DNA of 64,000 nt from Diadema antillarum (Eukaryota), in the NCBI RefSeq assembly GCF_040938485.1, contig NW_027270960.1, positions 1,984,001 to 2,048,000 on the forward strand. Reading direction: 5' to 3'. Made by a program: the position numbers and the translations under genes. The notes beneath the pieces were generated by a model. That model made no database searches, had not been told where the DNA came from, and saw only the letters and a list, made by a program, of their open reading frames with translations. Every line of letters begins with the position of its first letter. Position 1 is the first letter of the stretch. Positions 47,721 through 62,030 of the stretch are shown here, piece by piece.

Positions 47721-50700
47721 TCCCCTACACTGAAGGGTGATTACTGGCAGAAGGGGTTGAACGAACTGGGGCTTGTGCCCGCCCCCCAACTCACTATGGC
47801 GCCAGGATTAGGAGAGAAATGCACTCTTGGAAAGAACTGAGGAGTGGCCTCCTGCTGTTACCTTGCCCAAACCAGAAAAGGTAGATGAGGAAAATGACGA
47901 CCAACGGGAAAGAAGATAGAATAGAGAGAAAGAAGAAGAAGAAAAAAAAAATGTGAACTTCTCTCTCCCGATTACTGATTCCTTATTCATAAGCCACTCA
48001 TGCTTGCAGAAATCGACTCCTCGTCAGCCACATGAACATGTGTGAGCTTGACTGAGCAGGCTTATGGATCCCATAGATGGGCACTGGGAGGGGGCAGAGA
48101 AAAGAATTACAGGTGCGTGTGCGCCTAAAGCATGCCGTTTACGTAGGCTTATTAAACTGGTTATGAACATGAAACAAGGCCACTCACATACAGACTTGGG
48201 CTTCCTGTTCAAGGTAAAGTGGGCTTCAATTCCCCTCAAGTTAAAAGCATCTGCACCCACTTTGACTTTCAGATGTTGTTCCAGAAGTGTCTATCTTGAT
48301 GAACCTGTAGTCTCTTTCCAGACTTTTTGCAGGTATTGCAATATTCTACCCTGATTTGAATGCTCAGTGTAAAGCCTGCTTACCACATGCAAAAATGTTG
48401 CAAGGCACAATTGAAGACTTTGCCTTTGCACAGATTGGAAAGTATCCTTTAGCTACTTTAGAAACTTAATTCCTCAGTCTTCTCATTGATAGTAGAGATA
48501 ATATTCATAGAAGTGTAATGTCAATCATTTGCTATAACTGTGATTGTTTTGTTGCTTCAAAGTAAAATCAATATTGACCTTGAAAGAATTTTTTTTTTCT
48601 TGTGGTTGATAAAATGATGCACAGGAGAGGAGATGTAAAAGGCATGTTGTGTGAACTCATGAATGTACAATAGTACCATCATGAGAAGATATGAACTGAG
48701 GGGATGCTGATGTGTCTCAGTATTGCAGGAAGCCTGTTTGGCGTAGGAACTCACTGGTTGTTGATCATGAGTTTTTCATCCTCTTCCCCCAAGTCACATG
48801 ACCAGCTGTCACACACTCGGTTGCTGCTGTGACATCTTTTAGAAAACATAGTGTATCGATCTAAAGCTCAGTAACTCTTTTGCCAGCCAAGTTTTGTTTT
48901 TCTGCGGTACATTCAAAAGGAGAAAAGAATATGTCTAGGTTGCCCAGGGCATGAATACATATTTTCTGCGGCAGGATCTCTGGCCCATGGCACAATTGCC
49001 TTTTTGTGCATGGCCTGTAAATATCACATTTGCATATCCTTCAGTTTTTCTGATCTTGCCCCATCTTTCTTCTTGTCTGTATATGAAGGAGCTGTATTGC
49101 CTCGTACTTTTTGCATGTAAGCTCAATCTTGTCGACTAAAATTGCTACTTTGATTTCTTAAAAGAAGAAATAGTAAATAGAAATTTAAAACCAGAAGACC
49201 ATTTGTTGCAGTAATTTGTCAGCAAGTTATATCAATAAAAGCTATTTTTTTTTTATACAATCACTGACACTGACAAACAAACAAACACACACACACACAC
49301 TCATACACTCATACGCAAGCACAAAGCTGTACATGTTAGTGAAAGGGAAGTGAGACGGAAGAGCAGAGGTGATGTGATATGAGGATGATCGTCGCTCTGA
49401 ATTGCAGGGGATCTTGAAGGGAGAATATCTGTGGCATAGCAGACAGACAGCTAGCCAACCCACATTCTTCTTGAACCCTTGCCGCATTCTCAATTCAGCC
49501 AACAAGCCATGTGAATAAACCTGGTTACTCAGCAGTATACATAAGCAAGTGTGAAAAGGAAAGAAACCGAGTCAGTATACAAATAAATAAGAATGGGGGG
49601 AGGGAAAAAATGAAAGTACATCAACACTGTTTTTGGAAGTGGGAGAAAAGAAATGAAAATCAAGAAGTCCAGACAAAGGACTGTGGGAATAAATAGATGT
49701 ATGCCTGATACGGCAAGAAAAACTGATTGTGGTTTTATGATTGTATGGTGACTGCACACAGGCAAAGCTATTTCGTTCCCTCATTCGCTTCCTTTTTTTG
49801 AGATTGCTCATCTGAGTATGTGTCCGCATGTATGTCTGCCTGCCTGCCCGCCTGTGCACACGCATGCGTTTCCTCGTACCTCCGGTTGCAGAAAGCCTAA
49901 CAGTTTGCCTCCAAATCTGTTTCAAAACTGTCCAGGGGAGCGTGAAGAAATTCGCCCAGAAGTGGCAGAGGGGGGAGAGAGGGAGGAAGAGGGAGGAAGC
50001 TAGGTCTGTCGTGGCTAAGGTCATGCACCTCTGCATAGTGCAAGAGCGGAGGTGCGCGGCTGGTGGTCGAAGTGTGGCACGGGTCAGCAGGCGAGTCTGG
50101 GAGGGCTTACAGTAGCAGACCTTGCCTATTTCCACGGCCGTACCACCAGTGGTGCAGATATGATGGCATCAGTAGAAACTGTTCAAAAAGCTTCAGCGAA
50201 ACTATTATCCCAACTTTCTGTCATAATCGGTGTCAGGTTTATACAGTTCACCGGCTTTCGTCTTTTTTTTTTTCCCATCTATATTCTGATTTGGTTGTAG
50301 AAGCGTTAGTTGTATATGGAACATACGACTAAATTAAGTCTCTGGAATCTGTTTGTAGCTTCAATTTCTCAAGCTCATGTGTATTTCAATAATAATATAA
50401 TGCAATAAAGTGAAACATTCTGATGCTGCTTGTTTCATGACACTCCAAACATGATAGAACAGTTTAATGATATAAGATATGAATTGCACATGTAGTTCCC
50501 TGAGTCCTTGCCCGAGAGCGCAGTCTTGCTTTTATCTTTGGATTTTGACAAATTCTATTGTTTTAACAATATGTTAGAAGCATAAGTCATAGAGTATAAT
50601 ACAAAATATATTTACACAGGAATATATGATGAGAGAACAAATACATACTTTGCAATGATGACAACAAGAACAAAATCAATGTAACTATGGAAAAGAGTCA

Positions 50701-53094
50701 CAATCTACTGAAAAGCATAATGGTTAAACCCATGATGATTTTTCAACAGCAATGGCTTAGAGTGCAATCAAAATGTTATATGTAGAGGTATTGGTTATAA
50801 AGTGAGGGTGCATTTTTTCCTGAAGAGCATTCTTTGTTTTCTACTTGCCATGTCATTGTAAGTGTGAAAATGAAAGGCATTGTCATATTTATTAAAAACA
50901 ATTCATGTGAACATTGGATAAAAATCACTTTGTATCAGTCATTGCCATGCAAAATGATATATGGCCCTGTGCATTGCTGACTGACAATTTTCAGTCCCAA
51001 GATGTGGCTATGTTGTTAGTGTTGATTATGTTCCGAACGATTGTTCATTCCACCCTTGTTTGTCATGCTTGCAGTAGCTTCTTCTTCTTCTTCTTCTTCT
51101 TGTTTGATATCAAGATCACTTGCGATCACCAGAAAACTGTGAAGCATCACACTTGATCCACCATTCAAGTCTCATTTCTTTATAAAATTTTTATGATCTT
51201 CATCATTTCCATGGTCTCATCTCAAAAAGAGCCCACACCCAAGGAGACAAAAGCAGGCACATATGACTACACCCACACAGCCAAACTGATATTTTTGTAG
51301 ATAAAAGCAACAATATTTATCCCTAAAAGAAAAAGAATCCCAACATTTTGCATTTTTTTGTGAAATGAAGTTATCCTCACCAAGTTATTTCGGTCTTATC
51401 CAAAGACTATGCATCGATAAGGTGATCTGTTACAATAATGGTATACCATGTCATTCTGTTGCATGTTGGTACAACTTAGGAACTGCTCATCACCAACAAA
51501 ATGCCACTGAAAGATTAAAAAGAGAAATGTTTTAGATTCTTGTTGCAAATACTTCATACAATTTTAGGTGTGGTCTAAAATCAGATGGATGCTGTTGCTA
51601 TTCTCACAAAACCATGGCAAGAACTCGAGTTAGAGGCTGTTAAACTTTGATATATTTTTCCATCCAGTCTTCATTTGTTCTCAGTATTCAAACATAGGCT
51701 GCTGATGCTCTGGAGTACACCAATTGCAGGAGGGGGGGGGGGGTGGAGAGTGATGAAAGAAAGCTGATGAAAGAGTCTAGTGTGTTACAGTCAAGACAGG
51801 AAGAAATATTACGTCCACACATGATTCTACCTGGTTCCGTCATTCAATGACATCTTTGTGTCCATTCTCATGCTCTCCAGAGTCTATGAGGTGAAGTCAC
51901 AGGAAGAGAGGAAAAGATTGACAATGACCTAGACAAGAAAAGAGAGAGAAAAATGGCCTACTCATATTGATTTCCAAGAATTTCTTTAGTTGCCTATTTT
52001 CATCAAAATTGTGATATTTGTACGTCATTTTTTTTTAAAAGTAAAGTCGATTCTAGTAATCTTATAGTCCATTTATCTTGTTTCCTGATAGCCTTACATT
52101 CCCAGGTTATTCCCCTATACCTTCTTCCGCTTGTTGTTGAGTTATGTACTTATAAAGAGAAAAACATTTGATGTTGCCTGACGGTGTATTGTGCTGTTTC
52201 CTGTAACAAACAATATTGTGTCTGATGTTTTCTTGATATAGACAGTTTACTTCACCTTAAAAAAAAAAAAATCCTGATTTATAGATGAAATATGTCTGCA
52301 CTTTGTAAAGAGCAAGGCGGTCATTTAGCGCTGTAACTTCACTGGATCCAGCAGCATAATTTTGAAAAAGAAAATCAGCAATAAGAAAATACTATTGTGT
52401 TAGATGGTTTCCGTAATGTACAACAAAATGGGATGATGTCAGGAGTAGAAGGTATTGGGAAGGAAACTCCTCCACTCCTTTTCTCCTCCCATCATGAAAG
52501 AAAATGTGGAAAAACTTAACCAGCATCAAGTTGGGCTCATGATAATGAAGGTGAATTTACTACCAAAATTTGAAAATAAAAGAACAAAAGTGATTTGAGA
52601 GAGAAAGGAATCAGAAGGAAGCAATAAATTGTGATATTGCCTCTTGAGAGTAAGCCATGTTCAGTGTGCTTCTCATCCACTTTTGGACGTAGTTTATCAA
52701 ACTCCAAGACCTAAATTCACAAAGTAGTTTTACTTTAATCCATTTTTTAGATTCAGCCCTCCAACTAAAACAAGCTTGAAGTGGACCTACCTTTGCACAT
52801 GCACAACATGTCAGCATGCATCCATTATTGAATATCTGTAGAGGTGTCAAACTCTTCTTTTTTTTTTTGTCATTGAAATTTGGCTAGTTCATGGAATATA
52901 GTTAAACTTACCTCAGTGAATTTGGGCTCAAGATATTCCTTTCAAGAAAAGCGTAAACAAACTAAGCTATACTGTGATTTACCGTGGCTGTTTCCTGTAG
53001 AAATGTCAGTCACTACCATAGATTTCAGTGTAAGGGACATGCAACACTTTGACTTAAATCAGTTTGACAAGAAATATTGCCAAGACAGTAATTG

Positions 53095-53110
53095 TGTTTG
53101 TTTGTTTGTT

Positions 53111-53146
<36 letters not shown>

Positions 53147-53154
53147 TGTGTGTG
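53095..53154. repeat. Compound (GTTT)n-(GT)n microsatellite
   Basis: Direct reading. Confidence 0.9.
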
Positions 53155-53990
53155 TTCAATTTAAATGGGATGGACAATTGTGTTTGTAGGAATGTATGCT
53201 GCAGTATTTGATAGTATTTGACCAAAAACCTGTAGACACTTTCAGTTAAGAATTGATAACACCATGTTCATGAATTTTATATGGTAGAGGAAGAGAGTAG
53301 AAAGACGTGTGTTCTGTACAGGAAAGATAATTGAAAGAATGATTAAAAAAGTTTATCAGCGTTTTTCTTTGTAGGAAAGATATCTTGGCAGAGATAATCA
53401 AGAACGTCCATAGAAGGAGACATATGACTGTGTGCCATATTGTGGAGTAATGAATTTTAATGAGAATAGCATATTGTGAAATGGCATATGAAGTGATTTT
53501 GGAATCAGAACTGCACATTTGCCTGCATTAGTGAGATGCTTCATAGCTTAAGCTGGGAGTTAAGAGATTTTGTATGCCACTATCCTTATTTTTCCTCTCA
53601 CAAAATGATGAAAATAAAAAGTCTGGGGGAAAAAGGAAAAAGAAATGGAAAACTGGGTGAACTCCATGGACAAAATGATAACATACATACCCTGGGGAAT
53701 TGCATTAGCATAAGTCAGTGAAATCGGCTTCTGCAAATCCGTCATAAATACAGGAAAATTGATCATGTCATGAATGATGGAAAAGGCTATCTTCATTCAT
53801 GCAAAATAAGGAAAAGGAGTGTTTGAAATGTAGGGAGACTTCACTGTTTACCTGCTCCATTAAACTGAATGTTTAGATTTTTTTTTAGTCTCATTATTAT
53901 TATTATTTCCTGTCTGTGGGATTCAAGAGAGTAGACAAATGCACCTGGATATCCTGTTTATTATTTGATTTGTAGTTGTAGTTTTGTAAT

Positions 53991-54059
53991 GTGTTTATGT
54001 TTATGTTTGTTTGTTTGTTTGTTTGTTTGTTTGTTTGTTTGTTTGTTTGTTTGTTTGTT
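53991..54059. repeat. (GTTT)n microsatellite
   Basis: About 13 GTTT units preceded by ATGTTT units. Confidence 0.95.
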
Positions 54060-54135
54060 GGTACAATTTTTCATCCAAGACAGCTGTGGAATATTCATCA
54101 AGCCAGATATAAAGCACGGTTTGTAGGAATGCCTT

Positions 54136-54228
54136 TTAACCCATTGAGGACAAGTCCCGAGTATACACGAGCAAGCATCTATGGGAGATGCGTGTTTTAG
54201 CAAAATCAAACCGTCCTCAATGGGTTAA
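54136..54228 (+). mobile_element. 93-bp piggyBac-like MITE, copy 7
   Basis: TTAA|CCCATTGAGGAC ... GTCCTCAATGGG|TTAA. Confidence 0.85.
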
Positions 54229-55124
54229 ATACAGGAGACCAATGTAGTGTCTGGTAGAGTACAAGCAGTCTCAAGAATGCAAGTGATAGCAGTAACAATG
54301 TAGTATTTGATAGCAGTATGAATCAATAATTCTATAATTCATAGAAATGGAACTTTGAACTCTTTGTTTTATTAATGCTATGATATAAAACTTTCTTCTT
54401 GTTTCCATCATTCTTTGCATCCTAATATTTGAGACATAATACCTCACAGCAAAAAATCTGATAGTCCTTTGCATACATACTTAATTATGCCCTTTTGTCA
54501 CTACATTTCAAACTAGTAGCAGTAAAGACAAGAAGGGGTGCAGAAATTGTGATTACATTCAGATATTTAACATGAATATAATTCATCATCTTTTTTTTTC
54601 CAATTTAGTATTTGAAACTGACTGATTTAAAACTGAATGATTAGGATGTAATATCATACTGTTTCCTTCATTTATCCTGTAGCTTTTTAAAGCTGCACAG
54701 AAGACAGCCATCAAAACTGCCAAAGATGATATTTGGACTTAACCTTGAATTTCTCCGATATTGTTGGTGTAACTCAACAGGATGATTGAGACCTCTTCTT
54801 CCATTATATTGGTGCCATTTCTCAATTTCTTTCAATTTGCCTACCCTCGAAATCAAGTCATCAAACTCTCGGTGGAGGGTAGGGAGTAGGTTTATATATA
54901 TCTGAAAAAGCCTGGCAGTCATATGTGACCTCTGGTTTGGTTTTCCAAAAGGTCATGGGAGGATGGGATGGGGGACAGTGTGACATCAAAACAAAGAGGC
55001 ACATTCGGAGAATCGCAGCATCTTGCTTGTCCCTTTCTACCCCCCTCTCGCGGATTTCTCAAGTTTCTGAATCTTGAGTTTGCCGATAATCAGATTTTGC
55101 CTTTGCCCGTGTTTGTAGCGTCGG

Positions 55125-55400
55125 CAGGCCTTTGTGCGATGATGTTCAATCTATTTATAATGCAAGAGACTCTAGTATTTTCTTGCAGATTTTCTCCCCC
55201 CAATTCTCCACTGGAATACAATTTTCCCGGGCTCTCTCCTCCACAGCGATGATAACACTGAGGTACTGAGATTAATAGCGGCACGGGGCTTGTTTCACCA
55301 ACATATAAATCTTGCTGAATTTCGATACAGTTATTAGTGCATGGCAAGTGCTTTTCCATTATGTAGATTGTGAGACCAAGTTGGTATAATACAGTGTGAT
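55125..55400 (-). mobile_element. Probable decayed Penelope-like GIY-YIG endonuclease fragment
   Basis: Minus frame reads CTNNCIE..LYVGETS (55288-55308) and later TRVSCIINRLNIIA, resembling the PLE YVGET and RE..WI..L.T..P.GLN motifs; heavily diverged. Confidence 0.5.
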
Positions 55401-58400
55401 TGGGGATTATATTTGCTTTAACAGTATCCATTATTTTCGTTCCACTTGTTGCCATACAATTTCAGATCATAAACGTGCTGTTATTTGGAATAATCATCCC
55501 AAGTAATCTTACTGGTATTTCTATTTTATGTCTATTTACATGCACGCTTTCAACACACAACAGGTCTTCATCAACAAGTTCCCTTGATAATGAATAAATG
55601 TCAATAATATTACTCTTCCTGCCTCCAATTTTACAAGTTAACTCTGTATTTTTATTTCATTTTGCATTGCCTTTCAAGCAAAATATAATTTTCTTGATAT
55701 TTACATAAAATTCATCGTTCATGAAGAGAGAAACAAAATAAAGCGTAAAGATAGAGTAATGTAAACAATTTCCTTCACATGACATAGGAAAAAAATATTT
55801 AACTATCACTTCATTTTATAAATATGGCACACATACAGATGATGATTTATATGTTACTGAGTGGACATACATTGAAAACATTGAAAAAGGGGGCTGGTAC
55901 AGTGAATCCTGTTTCACTTTGTTAAAAGATTCTATATCATTTTGTAATATAGCCCAGGTCTTGTAATCTCTTGTGATGTGCAGTACAATTCAGCAAACAA
56001 CATTTTTCAGTGGTCAGAAGTATTTTTCTAATTTGTTGTAGTCATACGTCAGTCAAGACAATATACATATAAGTGCACAAAAAACCTACAGTCTGACTTA
56101 TACTTTCACATGACTCTTGCCTAAATTCACTTGGACTATGAGTAGTTGCCAGTTATTGTTCTGAAGGACGCATGCATCTCTCTTGCTTATGCATGTGATG
56201 CAGGGAATTCTGGGATAGGTCCACTGGACCGAAGTCATACCGATGATTCCCCAACTTACATCATGCAATGCATCAAAACATTCCTGCTCACTTTTCTACC
56301 AGAAAGTATGTGTGCACAAGTTCAGATATTTCAGGTGTTGCATCAATGTAAGGCACTGTCAAAACTCAGATGATGTGTTTCAAAGTTTTGGAATGTGAGG
56401 CATTGAGGTTCAAATCAGATTCCAAACTTGGATGGTCTTAGGAATCAATTTCATTTCACTGCTGTTGTGTAGTGGTGTTCTAGGGAATCCTTGTGTCTCA
56501 TGATTTGACTGCTGAGTGGATATTTCTCTTCTTTTTCATTGCTACCATCCCCTATCTTGCAGTTAGTATTGTTGTAAACTTTCATGTCACACTAAATTGC
56601 TTATTATCTCACCTGTCTTGTCCTTTTCACTCTCCCCTTCTACTCAATCTTAATGCTGTTGTTCATAGTCACCTATCCACCCCGATGCACAGTCGTAGTC
56701 TCCCTCACGCGACGCTCACATCAAGTGTCTCGAGTATTTACCCTACCAATATACACCACAATGAATGATACCAGGTTGACTGATGTATGAAATATTGAGG
56801 CCCACAAAGCGTTTCTATATCCAGCGTGACACAGTTGTGACTGGCTTATGTTGGTACATCAATACCATATCCGGTATTCACCTTCTTTTTCCTAAAATTT
56901 CTTGTCACTTTGTATTGCAAATGCTGTCAATTTGCCAGTTGCTGCATCTTTATGGAATAATTGTGAGGACCTTATGAAGGAATATGCTGAATGATGAGGA
57001 CACTTGATATCTACCTGCAGAATATCATTTCCATCCATTTCTCGATATAATGCATTTATTAACATCCGCAAACATGAATTTTCAGGGTTCTTGTAGCTCT
57101 TATGGAGCATTGAACCATTAGATATGAGTTGATGGATTGTATCTGGAATAGTCTTTTTTTCTGTCTTCTTTTTTTTTCCTGCCATTTAAAGTATGGATTG
57201 TATGAATGCATTAAAGATATCAAAGTTGTATAAACCTACTGCCAAAGAAAGTGTGCTAAATGATCAAAGATAAAATTGTATTTCATTTAGTATTATGTGG
57301 ATCCATACATTAGAGGAAAAAATATGAGCAGTTTTTGATCTGTATTCTTTTTTCTTAGTTCTTCCTCCTTTCTTTTTTGTATGAAAAAAAAATACAACAG
57401 AGAAAACAAGTTGCCACCATCATGCCCTACATTTTTTTTCCCTTTTTTCTTTTATCTTTTTTTTTTCGGCTGCAAATTACGACTGATATAAATGCTTTTA
57501 TGGATGTTTGTTAACACTTTATTTTTAGACATATGTACAGTGCCAGTGTCAAAAGAGGCGCTATGATTTAAGTCTCATTCATTGTAGTTATTGCTCATAA
57601 TGTCTCTTTTTCAGTCTTGGTAATGAGAGCCTGATCGACGTCCACTAATAAAAGTTTCTCTTCTCTTTGATTTCTTCCTCTTTCCATGTCACCGCCCTGC
57701 TTTGGAAAACATTCATCATGCTGTGTCCAATTCAGGTGAGAAATATACAGGTGCATATATATACAAATATATTTTAATTAACATATTATGCGTTATTTTT
57801 ATTTATTTATTTTTGGCATGGAAGCTCATGTAGCTTGCATTCCTCCTTTGTACTCCTCTTTTCTCTTTTTTTTTTTTTAATATTTGATATACTGTCTACA
57901 CTAATTTATTAGTATTGGATATTATCTCTGAAAGCCTGCTGTGGAAATAATGATGATGATGAGGAGGATATTGATATTGATGATTTTAACATCACATGTC
58001 AACATGTATCAAAATATCCCACAAATATCAAATTAAATTTTATCCAACCTGTAGTGTTAATAACAATACTTCTATTAAAAAAAAAAAGGCTTCATGCAAA
58101 GAGACAAATGAAGCCATTGAATTTTTGGAATTGAGAACAAAAAAGGGTTATGAAACTTGAGAGTAACAGTCACAAATGATACCATTTAATTCATTCCTTT
58201 AGAAGTTTGGAACCAAAAGGTGTTATGAAATTTGAGAGTAAAAGTTGCAAAGTAATTGATAAAAAAAAACCCAACACATTTATACACTAATCAAGCACAT
58301 TGTTTTCATGATTATTTCAAAATATCAAATGCTGCTGCTGTTTTTTTTTCCAATAGTTATATGTATAATTTGTATGCACTCATGCCACCAGCGTTGTTGA

Positions 58401-60337
58401 CATCGAATTTTGAAAATAGAGAAACACAAAATTAGCCCTGTTGATACCAAATCCACATTTTTTTTTTGGGGGGGGGGAGGGGGGAGGGCTTACTGGGACG
58501 CTGACCAGGGCGTCTTTTGCATGGTTTGTGATATAGTTATTGTGTTTGTGTATATTCATTCAAATTTCAACCTGCCCTCCCTTGCCACTGGAGCTTTTTG
58601 CAACATTGATCATGTCCATTATTGACAGGAAAATTTAGACTTGGAAATCTGCTCTGCTTGTACAGGGAATTTTGAGATCAGAATTAGGTCACAGGCCTTC
58701 GCCAGTAATAAGTATGAGCATACATCATGAGAAATTCCCTTTCCTTTGTCTGTGTATTCTATATGTCCTATTGCACCTGTCATTGACTTGTGTTTTGGGA
58801 TTAAACCTGATTTAAAATGTTTCTTCTTGTTTTGCACTGTTGTTTTTGTGTTTTTGCTATTCATTGATAATGAAGAATAAGGTCTTTATAGAATCATGCC
58901 ATTTCTTGTTTTCTTTTTCTGTGTGAACCAATCACACTATTATAAGTCAAGAGGACAAGATGGACATAGGGTCAATGTCAAGTCCTGACAGTCATTCCCA
59001 AAATTCACATTTCCATGAAAAATTTGAAGATATAGAGCATGATGTATTTTATGAAGCATTATATTTTGTGATTGCAGTGTCAGTTTGTCAAAGGGACTTG
59101 GAAAAAAATGCAAGTTTAAATCGTAACAATATGGACCAATGGACTTTGGATGACTTGAAAATTATGAGTTGTCATGTCTGTTTATGGAATATTTGGTCGG
59201 AAATTTCCTTTTGGTAAATATTTCACATTATACCGCATTGACAGCTTTGTACCAAGCATGAAGCTTGTTTCGGCTGTCCATAAACTTTGTGACCTTGACT
59301 TGATTTTGTAATATAACCCTAACTGTTATCACTGAATGTGTTTTCTGAGAGTTGATACAGAATTGTAATACAATGTCAGATGATAATTTTTAGTGCAAAG
59401 TACAGAGACATCATTAGCAGCAATCTTATCTCAAAATGTTTGGACATTGGAAGATATAAGCACATATATGACATTTATGTAGATGCCATTAAACAGTGTA
59501 CTAGTCTCTTGCCATCAAAGCACACATAATAGGCAAGGGTGTATTTGCAGGGCAAATTATTTCCAAAGTATCCTGTGTTCCCCTGGCTAAAGGTTAATGA
59601 CGGAGTATAATGGATGGTGAAAGTGTACGAGGAGTAAAAAAGCAAAACAAAAACAACCTCTTATTGCTTAGAAGACCATAGCATGTATGCCTTCCATAGA
59701 AGTGCAGTCAACACTGAGCATGGTAAATACACCGGCTACAGGGTCTAGCGGGTGCACACCTGGTAGAGAGCCTCCCAGCACGAGCTAAATTCCCCCGTCT
59801 CAGGTGCTGACGCGGAACGTCATCGCCATGGAGATGGTGGCACATCCTCTGTCGGTCTCGTTAGTGATGTCAGGCCAGCTTCACAATGGGCATGACGTTG
59901 ACGGCTGATCCTCCGCCGTCTCCCGATATCCCGGTAGTGTTGGTAGTGTCAGGTTGTGTGCTGCGTGATGGAATTGTTTATCCAGCGTTATTAGATCACA
60001 GAACTAGCTCCTCTGCACAGCCATTTTTTTCTCATTCTTTTTTTGTGCCATGGCATCAAAACCAGAAGTGTTTCAGTGGGACATTTACATTTGATCTCCT
60101 ATCCCGACAGAATGTGGTGAAATACCTGCAGTGACCCTGTAGATGGTGTCAGATTTGATTGCATTCAACTTTAGTCACACTACGAGCTGGTACCACACAC
60201 AAAAAACAGTGAAAAGCCTGCAGAGAAAGGCTCTCATATTGCAGCTTCTTTTCTCCAGTTTGAGGAATAAAGTTTTCCAGCACTGGCATGAGGCTCCATG
60301 TGCTTTATACTGTGTCTTGATTGAATGCATATATATA

Positions 60338-60664
60338 CAGTTGAACCTCTCGTATCCGGACAAGTCGGGACCGGGGCTCATCCGGATAAGGGATTTGGCC
60401 GGATACGGGAGACTTAATGCTTTATACATGTACATATACATACACATGTAGTGATGTAGCTCATTGTAGTACCACATGTAGTAATGTGTATACTGCAACC
60501 TTTTCATTGTTACTTTTGGGGATGTAAATGTCTGAAGGTAAGCAATTTGGAAGGAAATTTGATGTAATGTATGTTAATATTAAAAAAAAAAAATCACGGC
60601 GAGATTGCGTCCGTATAATAGAGAGATCCGGATAAAGGGAGGCCGGATAAGAGAGGTTCAACTG
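60338..60664. mobile_element. Tigger/pogo-like Tc1/mariner MITE
   Basis: TA|CAGTTGAACCTCTCGTATCCGG vs reverse complement of right end CAGTTGAACCTCTCTTATCCGG (21/22); TA TSD; repeated CCGGATA motifs. Confidence 0.9.
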
Positions 60665-61889
60665 TATATTACTGAACATTCTGTTGGATATCTTTAAGGT
60701 TTCATGTAATACTAGTATCACATCCAGCCTGTAAATGTAATCTTGTACAAATAGCATGTAAGTGATCAGTAGCTTGATTCCTACATTTCTTTCCGAGTAC
60801 AGAATTCAAGTTGGTTGGCATTGAATGGCAGCTAGAGTGCATGAGTCTATACTGACCTACCAACAGAAACAAAACAAAGTAAAAAAAATAACAAATAATG
60901 TGTAGAGTTGATCTGAACAGAATTGCAGTCTAACAGTTTTTCTCAATATTGTCACCATATTGAGTATTGTTTAGATAGGGTATAACTTTAAGTAGAAATA
61001 AGAAATCTGTGTATTCGAGCAGGAGAGAGTGTCCCTATTGTAATTCCTGAAATACATTGTACATGTTGGACAGTTGATATGTGTTCACTGTTTCAACGCT
61101 GTCAAGAATACTTCAGCTAACACCACTCTTCCAGGGTTTATTTCTCTTTTGTCTTTTATCTTGATGTTTGCAAAATAGAAGTATGGCGCTATGCCAAAGG
61201 TGTGGATAGAAAGTGCAAGTCCTGCCCGAAACAATTCCAAATGAATGCTCATTGTTCTATCTGGAGGCAAAATATTGAACTCTGTGGATATGTATATAGG
61301 TCCCTATCAGGACCTGCTGATCAATTTGAGTTCTGTGGAAACACAGGTAAGAAGTGATAACATGTCAAAGTAGTTTTTCTTCTATATCACAATGATGGTC
61401 TGAATAACAACAAACATCATGCTTCCTCAGGTGAATAATAATGGAAAAAAAAAACAGTTTCTTGTTTGAATGGGATGTTCCATAGAATAATTGCTAAGTA
61501 TTACATCTGTGGGAATTTACACAGATAATTTACACTGTCAGTGAAATCAAATTAAATCTATGGGAATATACACAGCATGCATCTGTAGCTATTCATCAGG
61601 AGCGCATTGTCAGTTACAGGCATGATTCTGATGGAATGGGTTTCCTGTCTGCGCTATGTATAGATTGAAGAAGTGTTGATGTGATAAATACATATTTTAG
61701 CCTTTGCGCTGCAAAGATCGGTATTCAAATGGCAGAGTCAGATCATAAAGCGTCACAGGTAATCTGATGAGTGGCAGTGTGGAAAAAAACTGGCCATAAT
61801 TCATGAGCAGCTTCCTGAGTGTTACGTCAGCTTTGACAATGTGTCACTCTCGGTGGAAAACCGGCCGCCAACTTCAGGCTGCCTGCTAA

Positions 61890-62030
61890 CTGCTGCACAC
61901 AGTGCAAGCTGTAGAAGTGTGCCGATGATGTCACTGTCGTCTAATCCCACGACGATATCACATTCTAATGATAATGCTTTGTTGATGAAACTCGTTACCC
62001 TAGCGTTGAATGTCAAAATATTTGATGTGC
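61890..62030 (+). mobile_element. Possible highly decayed LINE reverse transcriptase fragment
   Basis: KCADDVTVV (61915-61941) resembles the K[YF]ADDT motif; LALNVK about 60 nt later in another frame resembles L.LNV.KT; several stops. Confidence 0.35.

Noticed and set aside
49572-50135. Longest ORF (187 aa, minus) and overlapping plus ORFs
   Set aside because: It runs through low-complexity purine tracts, has no recognisable domain, and GC-rich DNA gives several overlapping open frames
56800-56880. HKPVTTVSRWI resembling a DIRS tyrosine recombinase
   Set aside because: It is flanked by stops and the expected downstream HSTR motif is absent
61300-61349. Small exon candidate ending CAG|GTAAGA
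   Set aside because: The donor is good but the acceptor is weak and two frames are open, so it cannot be supported
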